64,000 nucleotides of DNA. Origin: Octopus vulgaris. Its lineage: Eukaryota. A program made the position numbers and the translations under genes. The stretch covers positions 112,902,001 through 112,966,000 of the forward strand of contig OX597820.1 in NCBI GenBank assembly GCA_951406725.2. The letters are read 5' to 3'. The notes beneath the pieces are model-generated. The model did not search any database, was not told the DNA's origin, and saw only the letters and a program-made list of their open reading frames with translations. Positions 35,846 through 46,630 of the stretch are shown one piece after another (within the stretch, counting starts at the first letter, position 1; each line of letters starts with the position of its first letter).

Positions 35846-37267
35846 ATGGAGTTCGACTTAACGTCGAAGGACGATTTTCCCGTGATGGGAAAAGGTGAAA
35901 CCATGGAAAACCCAGTAACCAAACAGTCATTCTCGGCCGCGGTGGGCGGCGCTATGATAGAGGTCGAATTCAAGATCGAACAGCTGTATGAATACAGGAA
36001 TCTTGTAAAGGTGGAAGGAGGAGAGATAAGGCTGGTACCGCCGCAAGCGAAAGTGCAAGAAATCAAGGAAAGGATTGTAACTTATAAAGTGTATAGCTTT
36101 AAGGAAAAAAGATTATGGACGCGAAAAACGAAATTGTTGAGAAGTGCCTGTCCCCGGTGTGGGACAGAATTCGTCACATCGCGAGAGGCGCACGTAGTGC
36201 TACGGTAGAGGTGCACTTCGACACGGCAGAAGTGGCGAAGGAGGTGTCGTCGTTAACCTTAAAAAGCGACGACATCATGTTGTTACCCTCGTATATGGGG
36301 AAACGAACTGCAAAGTTAGTGGTAGATGACATACCCAGAGGGTACGACATCATGTGGGTGGCAGCGGCGGTACTACACAACATGGAGCGGGAAATTTCAA
36401 TTCTGCAAATGAGAAGGAAGGAAGTGGTACGCTGGAAGGGTCAGACCTTGGAACTCCTCGTACAGGCAGAGAACAAGATCTTGGAGAGCCTGCCTGACAG
36501 AATTTTTAATGAGGACGGCACGTCCATGAGAGTGTCGGTGGAGGGACGTAGACCCAGATGCTTCAAGTGTGGAGAGAAGGGTCACGTCCGGTCCAACTGC
36601 ATTAAGAAAAAAGAACAGAAGAAACGCCTCCTCAAAGTGTACCTGTCACTGAAGGGGAGGAAACAAGCAAGAACAACCAAATGAAGAAGACAAGTACGGA
36701 AACGAAAACGGATTCAAAAGAACCAATGGACTACACACAAGTCACACACAAAAGAAAAAAGAGAACACCCAGGACTCCCCTCCCCAAACAAGGAAAAAAA
36801 CAACAAACACAGCAGACACACACATTAAACAAATCCCCCAACCCTACCCCCATGGCACTGTTTTCATTGGAAAACAGTTTGCCAAACCCCTCCCCATAAA
36901 ACAAGACATCAAAAAGTGCATATCGAAAAACGAAAGAATTATAGCCTTTGATGAAAAAAATGAAAAAGTTTACAAATGCTGCAAACTCGCGAGATTTCCA
37001 CTGTATAGTAGAACCTCAGATGGGAAGGCGACCGCTCGTTTCGCGAAGGTAGGGGAGAACGAGTGGAAGGAGGAGGTTCTTCAGGAACACCTGAGGAACC
37101 GTCTTATTAGAGATGTAACCAAGGAGGTAATGGAGGGTAAACTGGCAATAACCCCGGCAACCACACCCACCCAGAGCCCAGTGGCAACGCCGGTCAAGAA
37201 CCCTGCAGCAACGGAAGAAAGGGAAGCAGGCAGATTGAAACTGTCATGCTCCCTCTCGCAACCGTGA
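35846..37267 (+). pseudogene. ORF1 of copy 1 (three frameshifts in A7 runs)
   Basis: Fragments match the copy-2 ORF1, including CFKCGEKGHVRSNC. Confidence 0.85.
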
Positions 37268-37295
37268 GTATATACATTTCCTTCTCTCACCCACA

Positions 37296-40200
37296 ATGGC
37301 TAAGCTGGGCTGTATAAATGTACGTGGAATGGGGTCGAAACGGAAACAAATTTGTTTCCTGAACGACCTCACGACACACAGTGTAGATATTGCTATTGCA
37401 ACCGAGTCCAAGATGAGCGAGACCCAAGCGTTCTCGCCTCTTCTAAATGGTTTCGAGAAATTTATTTCTCCTAGCCGAGGAAGAGGCAGAGGCGTGGCAG
37501 TCTTCATCAGGAAGAGCTTGGACTTGCAGGTAAGTACTGTCTTTCTGGACCCAGAAGGCAGGCTGGTTGTCCTGGATGTGACTCACGTAAGTAAACAGTC
37601 CTTCAGGTTGGTAGCTGTCTACGCCCCGAACGAGGGTAGACAGACGGGTTTTTTCCGGAACCTGGAGCCCTTTTTAGCGACGTCGAAAACAGTAATCCTA
37701 GTAGGGGACTTTAACACTGTCCTTGAAGCGCACATCGACAGTGTTGGCTCAACCAATAGGAAGGGGAACCCTAGCCTCAAGGGTCTACTAGAGAGCTTTG
37801 ATCTAGTGGACCGTTACCGACTGGATGAGCCGAGCGTTCCACAGTGGACGTGGAGTAACAACGACGGCTCACACAGATCGTATCTAGATAGGATATTTAT
37901 TAAGAAAAGAGATAAGGATACGTTTAGTTGTCCACAATTTCATATTGTACCTTACTCGGATCACAAATTTGTGACGTGTGAGGTGCAATTAGACAAGTGT
38001 CATAGACAGGGACCCGGGTACTGGAAGCTGAACAAGGCTATTTTGAATTGTGAAGACTTCCGTACCCGGATTAAGGTGTTAGTTCAGAGGGCATTGTGTG
38101 GCACCATCATTAACAATAGATGGTGGCACGCCCTCAAAAGAGCCATTCGTTTAGAGTCCGTCAGATTTAGCAATCAGCTAAGGATAGATAGGGCTAGTCT
38201 AGAGGGCGATTTAGTCAAGAATCTAGACGAGGCAATGGAAGCTGGCTCTGCATCCGGAGTGTTGGCGGCAAGGACGGTATTGTACCGTCACCTTAACTCC
38301 AAGTACGAAGGTTGCAGAGTCAGAGCTAAGCTGCGTGCTGGGAAACGAGAAGGTATTAACGTGGCCGGATGGGCCCGTCGTGTGGAGAGTAAGAGAGGCA
38401 ATAGAGCCTCAATTAAATCTTTGACTGACGAACAGGGACAAAAGATCTATGGACAGGAGGAGATGCAAAAGTTTCTTCACCAGCATTTCGCTCGCGTGTT
38501 CGGGGGTGGTGGTTCGCTGGATCGGGGGAGGGCCTTAAAGGACTTCCTGGCCGGCGGACCGCGGCTCGCGGGGCGTGAAGTGGAGTGCTGTGAGGGAGCG
38601 ATCACTCCCGCGGAGATAAAGGAGATACTGGCCGGATGCGCCGGGGAGAAGTCGCCGGGGTTGGATGGTCTGCCCTATGAGTTTTACCAAAGTATGCCGG
38701 ACTTGTTCGGGGGAATACTGGCAGGCGTCTACACGAACTGGCAGCAGAATGGGAGAATCCCCAGTTCTGTAAGCCGGGGAGTGGTGACGCTAATCCAGAA
38801 AGACCCGAGCAAGGGGGATAATATTAGTAACTACAGGCCCATAACTCTACTTAATGTAGAGTTAAAGATTCTGGCCAAGGTGTTAGCAAAAAGGTTGACG
38901 GTTGTCGTGGAGAAACTTGTAGGGAGAGCACAGACATGTGCAATTCCAGGCAGGTCGATCCAGGACAATCTTCACCTTATACGCTACACCTTAGATAGGG
39001 TGGGTAAATTAGCCGGCAAAGGTGGGGTAATGGTCCATTTAGACCAAAGTAAAGCCTTCGATAGGGTAGACCATGGGTACCTGGCGACGGTCCTCGAAGC
39101 GACTGGGCTGGGCCCTGAATTTCGCGGGTGGATCTCCGCTATGTATAGCGGCATCAAGTCCACCGTCCAGATAAACGGTTACCTAACGGAACCGTTTTCG
39201 ATCAAGTGTTCAGTGCGTCAGGGGTGCCCCTTGTCACCACTTTTGTACGTATTGGCTCTTGAGCCACTGCTGCGAAAGTTGGAGAGGCTGGGGAGTAACT
39301 CGGATGAAATCGGAGGTGGGAGGACGGTGACTGCTTACGCGGATGACGTCACCCTCATCGTGTCCAAAGAGGCCCAACTACCTTGTGTGGAGGAGGTTAT
39401 CAGAGGATACGAGGCGGTGGCAGGAGCAAAGGTTAACAAGGACAAATCGGTTGGCTTGCGCCTCGGCACCTGGAGGAGCAAGCCGATATCGTCCAGTGTC
39501 GTGGGACACTGGACGGATGGCCCTGTTAAGTTGCTGGGAGTTTGGTTTGGACCAGACTCCCAAACGGAGAAGAACTGGAGCGAGGTGACGAGCAGGGTGG
39601 AGGCCATAGTACGGACCTGGTCCGGAAGGTCTCTGTCCCTGAAAGGAAGGGCGGAGGTGGTGCAGATGTTTATTGCATCTGTAATCACCTACCGCCTGAC
39701 CGTTGTCCCTTGCCCCGATTCATGGCTTAACAAGTTGGAACGAATCCTTTTCCGCTTTTTGTGGAAAGGAGGAAAGCCACTTGTGAGACGATCCGTTTGC
39801 TGCCAAGAACCGTTAAAGGGCGGGTTAGGGATGCCTTGGTTGATGATGCGCAGACATGCGTTGAGGCTAAGGCACCTCTGGCACCACCTGGAGGGTGATA
39901 AGGTGTGGAGTCCGCTGGCAGAGGGATTTTTCCCGAGACCGGCCTCCTTAGTTAATTTTAAACCCGGTTACATCAAAAGATGGAAACTGACTCCATGGCA
40001 AAAAGAGTGCCGACAGGCACTCACGCTGATCCACAAGACGGGTAAGGCCGGCTGCGGAAATACCACCTCGGTATTTTATAGAGGGCTGGTGGAGGTAAAA
40101 AATGACGACGTCCTAGGAGGGGCTCTGGGGTTTGATGAAGACCAGCTCGCCAACCTGTTTAAAAAAACTTTCAGGTCGGGGTATTTGGATAATTTCCAAA

Positions 40201-40583
40201 GATCCCTGGCCTGGCAGTGCTACAGGAATGCTTTACCTGTTCGCGAGAAGTTATCGCGGCACGGAGTTCAAGTGCCACCGACGTGTCCAAGGTGCGGGTT
40301 GGACGATGAAACCGTCCAGCACGCCTTTGTTCACTGTCGGAAGTTGTCCGACTTGATAAGTTACGCAGAACACGTGTTGTCCCATCTGGGACGAGTACAG
40401 CTGTCGGCTGAGTCTATGATTAAGATGATACCGCCAACTGGACTCTCGAAGGAAGGTGAGGCATGTTTCCACTGCACGGTGGCAGTGGTAAAGGAATGCA
40501 TGTGGAGAACGAGAATGGAAGGAGCCGCGATAGGGTCCTTCATCTCCGACCCGGCTTGCTCACTTACTTCAGATATCATCTGA
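37296..40583 (+). CDS. ORF2 of copy 1: APE endonuclease, reverse transcriptase, zinc finger (C-terminal frameshift)
   Basis: NVRG, GDFN, SDH, PGLDGL, DQSKAFDRV, QGCPLSP, YADD, CPRC..HAFVHC; 1-bp deletion near 40547. Confidence 0.9.
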   Translation: MAKLGCINVRGMGSKRKQICFLNDLTTHSVDIAIATESKMSETQAFSPLLNGFEKFISPSRGRGRGVAVFIRKSLDLQVSTVFLDPEGRLVVLDVTHVSKQSFRLVAVYAPNEGRQTGFFRNLEPFLATSKTVILVGDFNTVLEAHIDSVGSTNRKGNPSLKGLLESFDLVDRYRLDEPSVPQWTWSNNDGSHRSYLDRIFIKKRDKDTFSCPQFHIVPYSDHKFVTCEVQLDKCHRQGPGYWKLNKAILNCEDFRTRIKVLVQRALCGTIINNRWWHALKRAIRLESVRFSNQLRIDRASLEGDLVKNLDEAMEAGSASGVLAARTVLYRHLNSKYEGCRVRAKLRAGKREGINVAGWARRVESKRGNRASIKSLTDEQGQKIYGQEEMQKFLHQHFARVFGGGGSLDRGRALKDFLAGGPRLAGREVECCEGAITPAEIKEILAGCAGEKSPGLDGLPYEFYQSMPDLFGGILAGVYTNWQQNGRIPSSVSRGVVTLIQKDPSKGDNISNYRPITLLNVELKILAKVLAKRLTVVVEKLVGRAQTCAIPGRSIQDNLHLIRYTLDRVGKLAGKGGVMVHLDQSKAFDRVDHGYLATVLEATGLGPEFRGWISAMYSGIKSTVQINGYLTEPFSIKCSVRQGCPLSPLLYVLALEPLLRKLERLGSNSDEIGGGRTVTAYADDVTLIVSKEAQLPCVEEVIRGYEAVAGAKVNKDKSVGLRLGTWRSKPISSSVVGHWTDGPVKLLGVWFGPDSQTEKNWSEVTSRVEAIVRTWSGRSLSLKGRAEVVQMFIASVITYRLTVVPCPDSWLNKLERILFRFLWKGGKPLVRRSVCCQEPLKGGLGMPWLMMRRHALRLRHLWHHLEGDKVWSPLAEGFFPRPASLVNFKPGYIKRWKLTPWQKECRQALTLIHKTGKAGCGNTTSVFYRGLVEVKNDDVLGGALGFDEDQLANLFKKTFRSGYLDNFQRSLAWQCYRNALPVREKLSRHGVQVPPTCPRCGLDDETVQHAFVHCRKLSDLISYAEHVLSHLGRVQLSAESMIKMIPPTGLSKEGEACFHCTVAVVKECMWRTRMEGAAIGSFISDPACSLTSDII

Positions 40584-41118
40584 AGAGCAAAATGGGGCTG
40601 GAGAAGAGGACCCTGCCGCGGGGTGTGTACGAGAAAAGATGGAAGGAAGTAGAAAGAAAGGTGGGTGTGAGAAACCCAGCTTGATCATGGAGGAGAGAGA
40701 GGAAGTGGAAGCTGCAGGGCCTCACAAATTGCCGGGGTGTAAAAACGCCAGTGAGACGACAAGGTTACCTACTGTTGTTTGCTATACTAGTTAAGCAAAG
40801 GTTAATATTTTTATAACGAATTTAAACAATTTTTAAACGATTCTCTTAAATGTTTTTGTATGTATGTCCTGTATTTGTAATTCTGTGTACCGATTTTTAT
40901 AATCGTAATAAAGAAATATCTACTGAGTACCGCTTCTGTTAATTGCGTTATTTTTCTGTTTGCGTTGTGAGAAAATTGCTGCCTCCATTTAAGAGAGTCG
41001 AAGTTGTGAATTTATTGTTTATACCAACTGCTTTGAACAGTGCCCGTTGTGAAACGGTGATTTTCGCCCTACGGGGCAGAAAATTTTGTATTATTTGAAA
41101 TTTGCTACCTTTGAGGTG

Positions 41119-42543
41119 ATGGAGTTCGACTTAACGTCGAAGGACGATTTTCCCGTGATGGGAAAAGGTGAAACCATGGAAAACCCAGTAACCAAACAGT
41201 CATTCTCGGCCGCGGTGGGCGGCGCTATGATAGAGGTCGAATTCAAGATCGAACAGCTGTATGAATACAGGAATCTTGTAAAGGTGGAAGGAGGAGAGAT
41301 AAGGCTGGTACCGCCGCAAGCGAAAGTGCAAGAAATCAAGGAAAGGATTGTAACTTATAAAGTGTATAGCTTTAAGGAAAAAAAGATTATGGACGCGAAA
41401 AACGAAATTGTTGAGAAGTGCCTGTCCCCGGTGTGGGACAGAATTCGTCACATCGCGAGAGGCGCACGTAGTGCTACGGTAGAGGTGCACTTCGACACGG
41501 CAGAAGTGGCGAAGGAGGTGTCGTCGTTAACCTTAAAAAGCGACGACATCATGTTGTTACCCTCGTATATGGGGAAACGAACTGCAAAGTTAGTGGTAGA
41601 TGACATACCCAGAGGGTACGACATCATGTGGGTGGCAGCGGCGGTACTACACAACATGGAGCGGGAAATTTCAATTCTGCAAATGAGAAGGAAGGAAGTG
41701 GTACGCTGGAAGGGTCAGACCTTGGAACTCCTCGTACAGGCAGAGAACAAGATCTTGGAGAGCCTGCCTGACAGAATTTTTAATGAGGACGGCACGTCCA
41801 TGAGAGTGTCGGTGGAGGGACGTAGACCCAGATGCTTCAAGTGTGGAGAGAAGGGTCACGTCCGGTCCAACTGCATTAAGAAAAAAAGAACAGAAGAAAC
41901 GCCTCCTCAAAGTGTACCTGTCACTGAAGGGGAGGAAACAAGCAAGAACAACCAAATGAAGAAGACAAGTACGGAAACGAAAACGGATTCAAAAGAACCA
42001 ATGGACTACACACAAGTCACACACAAAAGAAAAAAAGAGAACACCCAGGACTCCCCTCCCCAAACAAGGAAAAAAACAACAAACACAGCAGACACACACA
42101 TTAAACAAATCCCCCAACCCTACCCCCATGGCACTGTTTTCATTGGAAAACAGTTTGCCAAACCCCTCCCCATAAAACAAGACATCAAAAAGTGCATATC
42201 GAAAAACGAAAGAATTATAGCCTTTGATGAAAAAAATGAAAAAGTTTACAAATGCTGCAAACTCGCGAGATTTCCACTGTATAGTAGAACCTCAGATGGG
42301 AAGGCGACCGCTCGTTTCGCGAAGGTAGGGGAGAACGAGTGGAAGGAGGAGGTTCTTCAGGAACACCTGAGGAACCGTCTTATTAGAGATGTAACCAAGG
42401 AGGTAATGGAGGGTAAACTGGCAATAACCCCGGCAACCACACCCACCCAGAGCCCAGTGGCAACGCCGGTCAAGAACCCTGCAGCAACGGAAGAAAGGGA
42501 AGCAGGCAGATTGAAACTGTCATGCTCCCTCTCGCAACCGTGA
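41119..42543 (+). CDS. ORF1 gag-like nucleic-acid-binding protein with CCHC knuckle
   Basis: Open frame from 41086 (first ATG at 41119); SFSAAV N-terminal motif; CX2CX4HX4C. Confidence 0.9.
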   Translation: MEFDLTSKDDFPVMGKGETMENPVTKQSFSAAVGGAMIEVEFKIEQLYEYRNLVKVEGGEIRLVPPQAKVQEIKERIVTYKVYSFKEKKIMDAKNEIVEKCLSPVWDRIRHIARGARSATVEVHFDTAEVAKEVSSLTLKSDDIMLLPSYMGKRTAKLVVDDIPRGYDIMWVAAAVLHNMEREISILQMRRKEVVRWKGQTLELLVQAENKILESLPDRIFNEDGTSMRVSVEGRRPRCFKCGEKGHVRSNCIKKKRTEETPPQSVPVTEGEETSKNNQMKKTSTETKTDSKEPMDYTQVTHKRKKENTQDSPPQTRKKTTNTADTHIKQIPQPYPHGTVFIGKQFAKPLPIKQDIKKCISKNERIIAFDEKNEKVYKCCKLARFPLYSRTSDGKATARFAKVGENEWKEEVLQEHLRNRLIRDVTKEVMEGKLAITPATTPTQSPVATPVKNPAATEEREAGRLKLSCSLSQP

Positions 42544-42571
42544 GTATATACATTTCCTTCTCTCACCCACA

Positions 42572-45500
42572 ATGGCTAAGCTGGGCTGTATAAATGTACG
42601 TGGAATGGGGTCGAAACGGAAACAAATTTGTTTCCTGAACGACCTCACGACACACAGTGTAGATATTGCTATTGCAACCGAGTCCAAGATGAGCGAGACC
42701 CAAGCGTTCTCGCCTCTTCTAAATGGTTTCGAGAAATTTATTTCTCCTAGCCGAGGAAGAGGCAGAGGCGTGGCAGTCTTCATCAGGAAGAGCTTGGACT
42801 TGCAGGTAAGTACTGTCTTTCTGGACCCAGAAGGCAGGCTGGTTGTCCTGGATGTGACTCACGTAAGTAAACAGTCCTTCAGGTTGGTAGCTGTCTACGC
42901 CCCGAACGAGGGTAGACAGACGGGTTTTTTCCGGAACCTGGAGCCCTTTTTAGCGACGTCGAAAACAGTAATCCTAGTAGGGGACTTTAACACTGTCCTT
43001 GAAGCGCACATCGACAGTGTTGGCTCAACCAATAGGAAGGGGAACCCTAGCCTCAAGGGTCTACTAGAGAGCTTTGATCTAGTGGACCGTTACCGACTGG
43101 ATGAGCCGAGCGTTCCACAGTGGACGTGGAGTAACAACGACGGCTCACACAGATCGTATCTAGATAGGATATTTATTAAGAAAAGAGATAAGGATACGTT
43201 TAGTTGTCCACAATTTCATATTGTACCTTACTCGGATCACAAATTTGTGACGTGTGAGGTGCAATTAGACAAGTGTCATAGACAGGGACCCGGGTACTGG
43301 AAGCTGAACAAGGCTATTTTGAATTGTGAAGACTTCCGTACCCGGATTAAGGTGTTAGTTCAGAGGGCATTGTGTGGCACCATCATTAACAATAGATGGT
43401 GGCACGCCCTCAAAAGAGCCATTCGTTTAGAGTCCGTCAGATTTAGCAATCAGCTAAGGATAGATAGGGCTAGTCTAGAGGGCGATTTAGTCAAGAATCT
43501 AGACGAGGCAATGGAAGCTGGCTCTGCATCCGGAGTGTTGGCGGCAAGGACGGTATTGTACCGTCACCTTAACTCCAAGTACGAAGGTTGCAGAGTCAGA
43601 GCTAAGCTGCGTGCTGGGAAACGAGAAGGTATTAACGTGGCCGGATGGGCCCGTCGTGTGGAGAGTAAGAGAGGCAATAGAGCCTCAATTAAATCTTTGA
43701 CTGACGAACAGGGACAAAAGATCTATGGACAGGAGGAGATGCAAAAGTTTCTTCACCAGCATTTCGCTCGCGTGTTCGGGGGTGGTGGTTCGCTGGATCG
43801 GGGGAGGGCCTTAAAGGACTTCCTGGCCGGCGGACCGCGGCTCGCGGGGCGTGAAGTGGAGTGCTGTGAGGGAGCGATCACTCCCGCGGAGATAAAGGAG
43901 ATACTGGCCGGATGCGCCGGGGAGAAGTCGCCGGGGTTGGATGGTCTGCCCTATGAGTTTTACCAAAGTATGCCGGACTTGTTCGGGGGAATACTGGCAG
44001 GCGTCTACACGAACTGGCAGCAGAATGGGAGAATCCCCAGTTCTGTAAGCCGGGGAGTGGTGACGCTAATCCAGAAAGACCCGAGCAAGGGGGATAATAT
44101 TAGTAACTACAGGCCCATAACTCTACTTAATGTAGAGTTAAAGATTCTGGCCAAGGTGTTAGCAAAAAGGTTGACGGTTGTCGTGGAGAAACTTGTAGGG
44201 AGAGCACAGACATGTGCAATTCCAGGCAGGTCGATCCAGGACAATCTTCACCTTATACGCTACACCTTAGATAGGGTGGGTAAATTAGCCGGCAAAGGTG
44301 GGGTAATGGTCCATTTAGACCAAAGTAAAGCCTTCGATAGGGTAGACCATGGGTACCTGGCGACGGTCCTCGAAGCGACTGGGCTGGGCCCTGAATTTCG
44401 CGGGTGGATCTCCGCTATGTATAGCGGCATCAAGTCCACCGTCCAGATAAACGGTTACCTAACGGAACCGTTTTCGATCAAGTGTTCAGTGCGTCAGGGG
44501 TGCCCCTTGTCACCACTTTTGTACGTATTGGCTCTTGAGCCACTGCTGCGAAAGTTGGAGAGGCTGGGGAGTAACTCGGATGAAATCGGAGGTGGGAGGA
44601 CGGTGACTGCTTACGCGGATGACGTCACCCTCATCGTGTCCAAAGAGGCCCAACTACCTTGTGTGGAGGAGGTTATCAGAGGATACGAGGCGGTGGCAGG
44701 AGCAAAGGTTAACAAGGACAAATCGGTTGGCTTGCGCCTCGGCACCTGGAGGAGCAAGCCGATATCGTCCAGTGTCGTGGGACACTGGACGGATGGCCCT
44801 GTTAAGTTGCTGGGAGTTTGGTTTGGACCAGACTCCCAAACGGAGAAGAACTGGAGCGAGGTGACGAGCAGGGTGGAGGCCATAGTACGGACCTGGTCCG
44901 GAAGGTCTCTGTCCCTGAAAGGAAGGGCGGAGGTGGTGCAGATGTTTATTGCATCTGTAATCACCTACCGCCTGACCGTTGTCCCTTGCCCCGATTCATG
45001 GCTTAACAAGTTGGAACGAATCCTTTTCCGCTTTTTGTGGAAAGGAGGAAAGCCACTTGTGAGACGATCCGTTTGCTGCCAAGAACCGTTAAAGGGCGGG
45101 TTAGGGATGCCTTGGTTGATGATGCGCAGACATGCGTTGAGGCTAAGGCACCTCTGGCACCACCTGGAGGGTGATAAGGTGTGGAGTCCGCTGGCAGAGG
45201 GATTTTTCCCGAGACCGGCCTCCTTAGTTAATTTTAAACCCGGTTACATCAAAAGATGGAAACTGACTCCATGGCAAAAAGAGTGCCGACAGGCACTCAC
45301 GCTGATCCACAAGACGGGTAAGGCCGGCTGCGGAAATACCACCTCGGTATTTTATAGAGGGCTGGTGGAGGTAAAAAATGACGACGTCCTAGGAGGGGCT
45401 CTGGGGTTTGATGAAGACCAGCTCGCCAACCTGTTTAAAAAAACTTTCAGGTCGGGGTATTTGGATAATTTCCAAAGATCCCTGGCCTGGCAGTGCTACA

Positions 45501-45961
45501 GGAATGCTTTACCTGTTCGCGAGAAGTTATCGCGGCACGGAGTTCAAGTGCCACCGACGTGTCCAAGGTGCGGGTTGGACGATGAAACCGTCCAGCACGC
45601 CTTTGTTCACTGTCGGAAGTTGTCCGACTTGATAAGTTACGCAGAACACGTGTTGTCCCATCTGGGACGAGTACAGCTGTCGGCTGAGTCTATGATTAAG
45701 ATGATACCGCCAACTGGACTCTCGAAGGAAGGTGAGGCATGTTTCCACTGCACGGTGGCAGTGGTAAAGGAATGCATGTGGAGAACGAGAATGGAAGGAG
45801 CCGCGATAGGGTCCTTCATCTCCGGACCCGGCTTGCTCACTTACTTCAGATATCATCTGAAGAGCAAAATGGGGCTGGAGAAGAGGACCCTGCCGCGGGG
45901 TGTGTACGAGAAAAGATGGAAGGAAGTAGAAAGAAAGGTGGGTGTGAGAAACCCAGCTTGA
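42572..45961 (+). CDS. ORF2 (1129 aa): APE endonuclease, reverse transcriptase, C-terminal zinc finger
   Basis: All catalytic motifs intact (GDFN, YLDRIF, SDH, WKLN, DQSKAFD, QGCPLSP, YADD, KGGLG, CPRC-HAFVHC). Confidence 0.97.
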   Translation: MAKLGCINVRGMGSKRKQICFLNDLTTHSVDIAIATESKMSETQAFSPLLNGFEKFISPSRGRGRGVAVFIRKSLDLQVSTVFLDPEGRLVVLDVTHVSKQSFRLVAVYAPNEGRQTGFFRNLEPFLATSKTVILVGDFNTVLEAHIDSVGSTNRKGNPSLKGLLESFDLVDRYRLDEPSVPQWTWSNNDGSHRSYLDRIFIKKRDKDTFSCPQFHIVPYSDHKFVTCEVQLDKCHRQGPGYWKLNKAILNCEDFRTRIKVLVQRALCGTIINNRWWHALKRAIRLESVRFSNQLRIDRASLEGDLVKNLDEAMEAGSASGVLAARTVLYRHLNSKYEGCRVRAKLRAGKREGINVAGWARRVESKRGNRASIKSLTDEQGQKIYGQEEMQKFLHQHFARVFGGGGSLDRGRALKDFLAGGPRLAGREVECCEGAITPAEIKEILAGCAGEKSPGLDGLPYEFYQSMPDLFGGILAGVYTNWQQNGRIPSSVSRGVVTLIQKDPSKGDNISNYRPITLLNVELKILAKVLAKRLTVVVEKLVGRAQTCAIPGRSIQDNLHLIRYTLDRVGKLAGKGGVMVHLDQSKAFDRVDHGYLATVLEATGLGPEFRGWISAMYSGIKSTVQINGYLTEPFSIKCSVRQGCPLSPLLYVLALEPLLRKLERLGSNSDEIGGGRTVTAYADDVTLIVSKEAQLPCVEEVIRGYEAVAGAKVNKDKSVGLRLGTWRSKPISSSVVGHWTDGPVKLLGVWFGPDSQTEKNWSEVTSRVEAIVRTWSGRSLSLKGRAEVVQMFIASVITYRLTVVPCPDSWLNKLERILFRFLWKGGKPLVRRSVCCQEPLKGGLGMPWLMMRRHALRLRHLWHHLEGDKVWSPLAEGFFPRPASLVNFKPGYIKRWKLTPWQKECRQALTLIHKTGKAGCGNTTSVFYRGLVEVKNDDVLGGALGFDEDQLANLFKKTFRSGYLDNFQRSLAWQCYRNALPVREKLSRHGVQVPPTCPRCGLDDETVQHAFVHCRKLSDLISYAEHVLSHLGRVQLSAESMIKMIPPTGLSKEGEACFHCTVAVVKECMWRTRMEGAAIGSFISGPGLLTYFRYHLKSKMGLEKRTLPRGVYEKRWKEVERKVGVRNPA

Positions 45962-46246
45962 TCATGGAGGAGAGAGAGGAAGTGGAAGCTGCAGGGCCTC
46001 ACAAATTGCCGGGGTGTAAAAACGCCAGTGAGACGACAAGGTTACCTACTGTTGTTTGCTATACTAGTTAAGCAAAGGTTAATATTTTTATAACGAATTT
46101 AAACAATTTTTAAACGATTCTCTTAAATGTTTTTGTATGTATGTCCTGTATTTGTAATTCTGTGTACCGATTTTTATAATCGTAATAAAGAAATATCTAC
46201 TGAGTACTGCTCTTAGTTTATTTCTGATCCATAAAGGCCTATAGCT

Positions 46247-46630
46247 TCAACAGAGTACTGCTTTTTGGTTTACCGTAAGGTTTGTTGTTATTATTATTTC
46301 TGTTTAACTATTGTTATCACGTTTGTTGGTTCCTCATAAGGGAAGCGTTGTTGTGTTGCATTTGTTAAATAATTGTAAACCATAACCCTCCCCCTTTGGG
46401 AGAAGAAGCTTTGGTTATTGTTTAAAAATTGAATTGTGTCCCTGTTTGGGGAAATTGACAATATTTTCACCGTTTACACGGAAATATTTTCGTTAAAATG
46501 TCTTCGATAGAAGAAAGTCCAAAAATGAATTTCACTGCAGCTGTCGGATTGTAGCCACACTTCTATACAAGAGGGAGGACAAGATACAATTGATCGAAAT
46601 TACAAGAGACGGGCTAACAATTCCAGTCTG
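46247..46630 (+). mobile_element. 5' relic (UTR and ORF1 start) of a related Tx1-like element
   Basis: Starts TCAACAGAGTACTGCT (cf. TCTACTGAGTACCGCT); T-rich leader; ATG ~46498 gives MSSIEESPKMNFTAAVG versus ORF1 MENPVTKQSFSAAVG. Confidence 0.5.

Larger units (their letters stand above)
35646..40918 (+). mobile_element. Full-length L1-clade (Tx1-like) retrotransposon, copy 1
   Basis: 5273-bp unit matching copy 2 apart from four 1-bp deletions seen by eye; bounded by TCTACTGAGTAC. Confidence 0.95.
40919..46207 (+). mobile_element. Full-length intact L1-clade (Tx1-like) retrotransposon, copy 2
   Basis: 5' UTR, ORF1, 28-nt spacer, ORF2, 3' UTR with AATAAA (46184-46189), no poly(A); bounded by TCTACTGAGTAC. 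Confidence 0.97.

Noticed and set aside
39335-45856. Antisense and alternative-frame ORFs inside ORF2
   Set aside because: Short shadow ORFs of GC-richer coding sequence with no motifs.
35646-46207. Interpretation as an LTR element or CRISPR-like array
   Set aside because: The repeats are whole APE-RT units without integrase or LTRs; the 12-mers separate 5-kb elements, not spacers.
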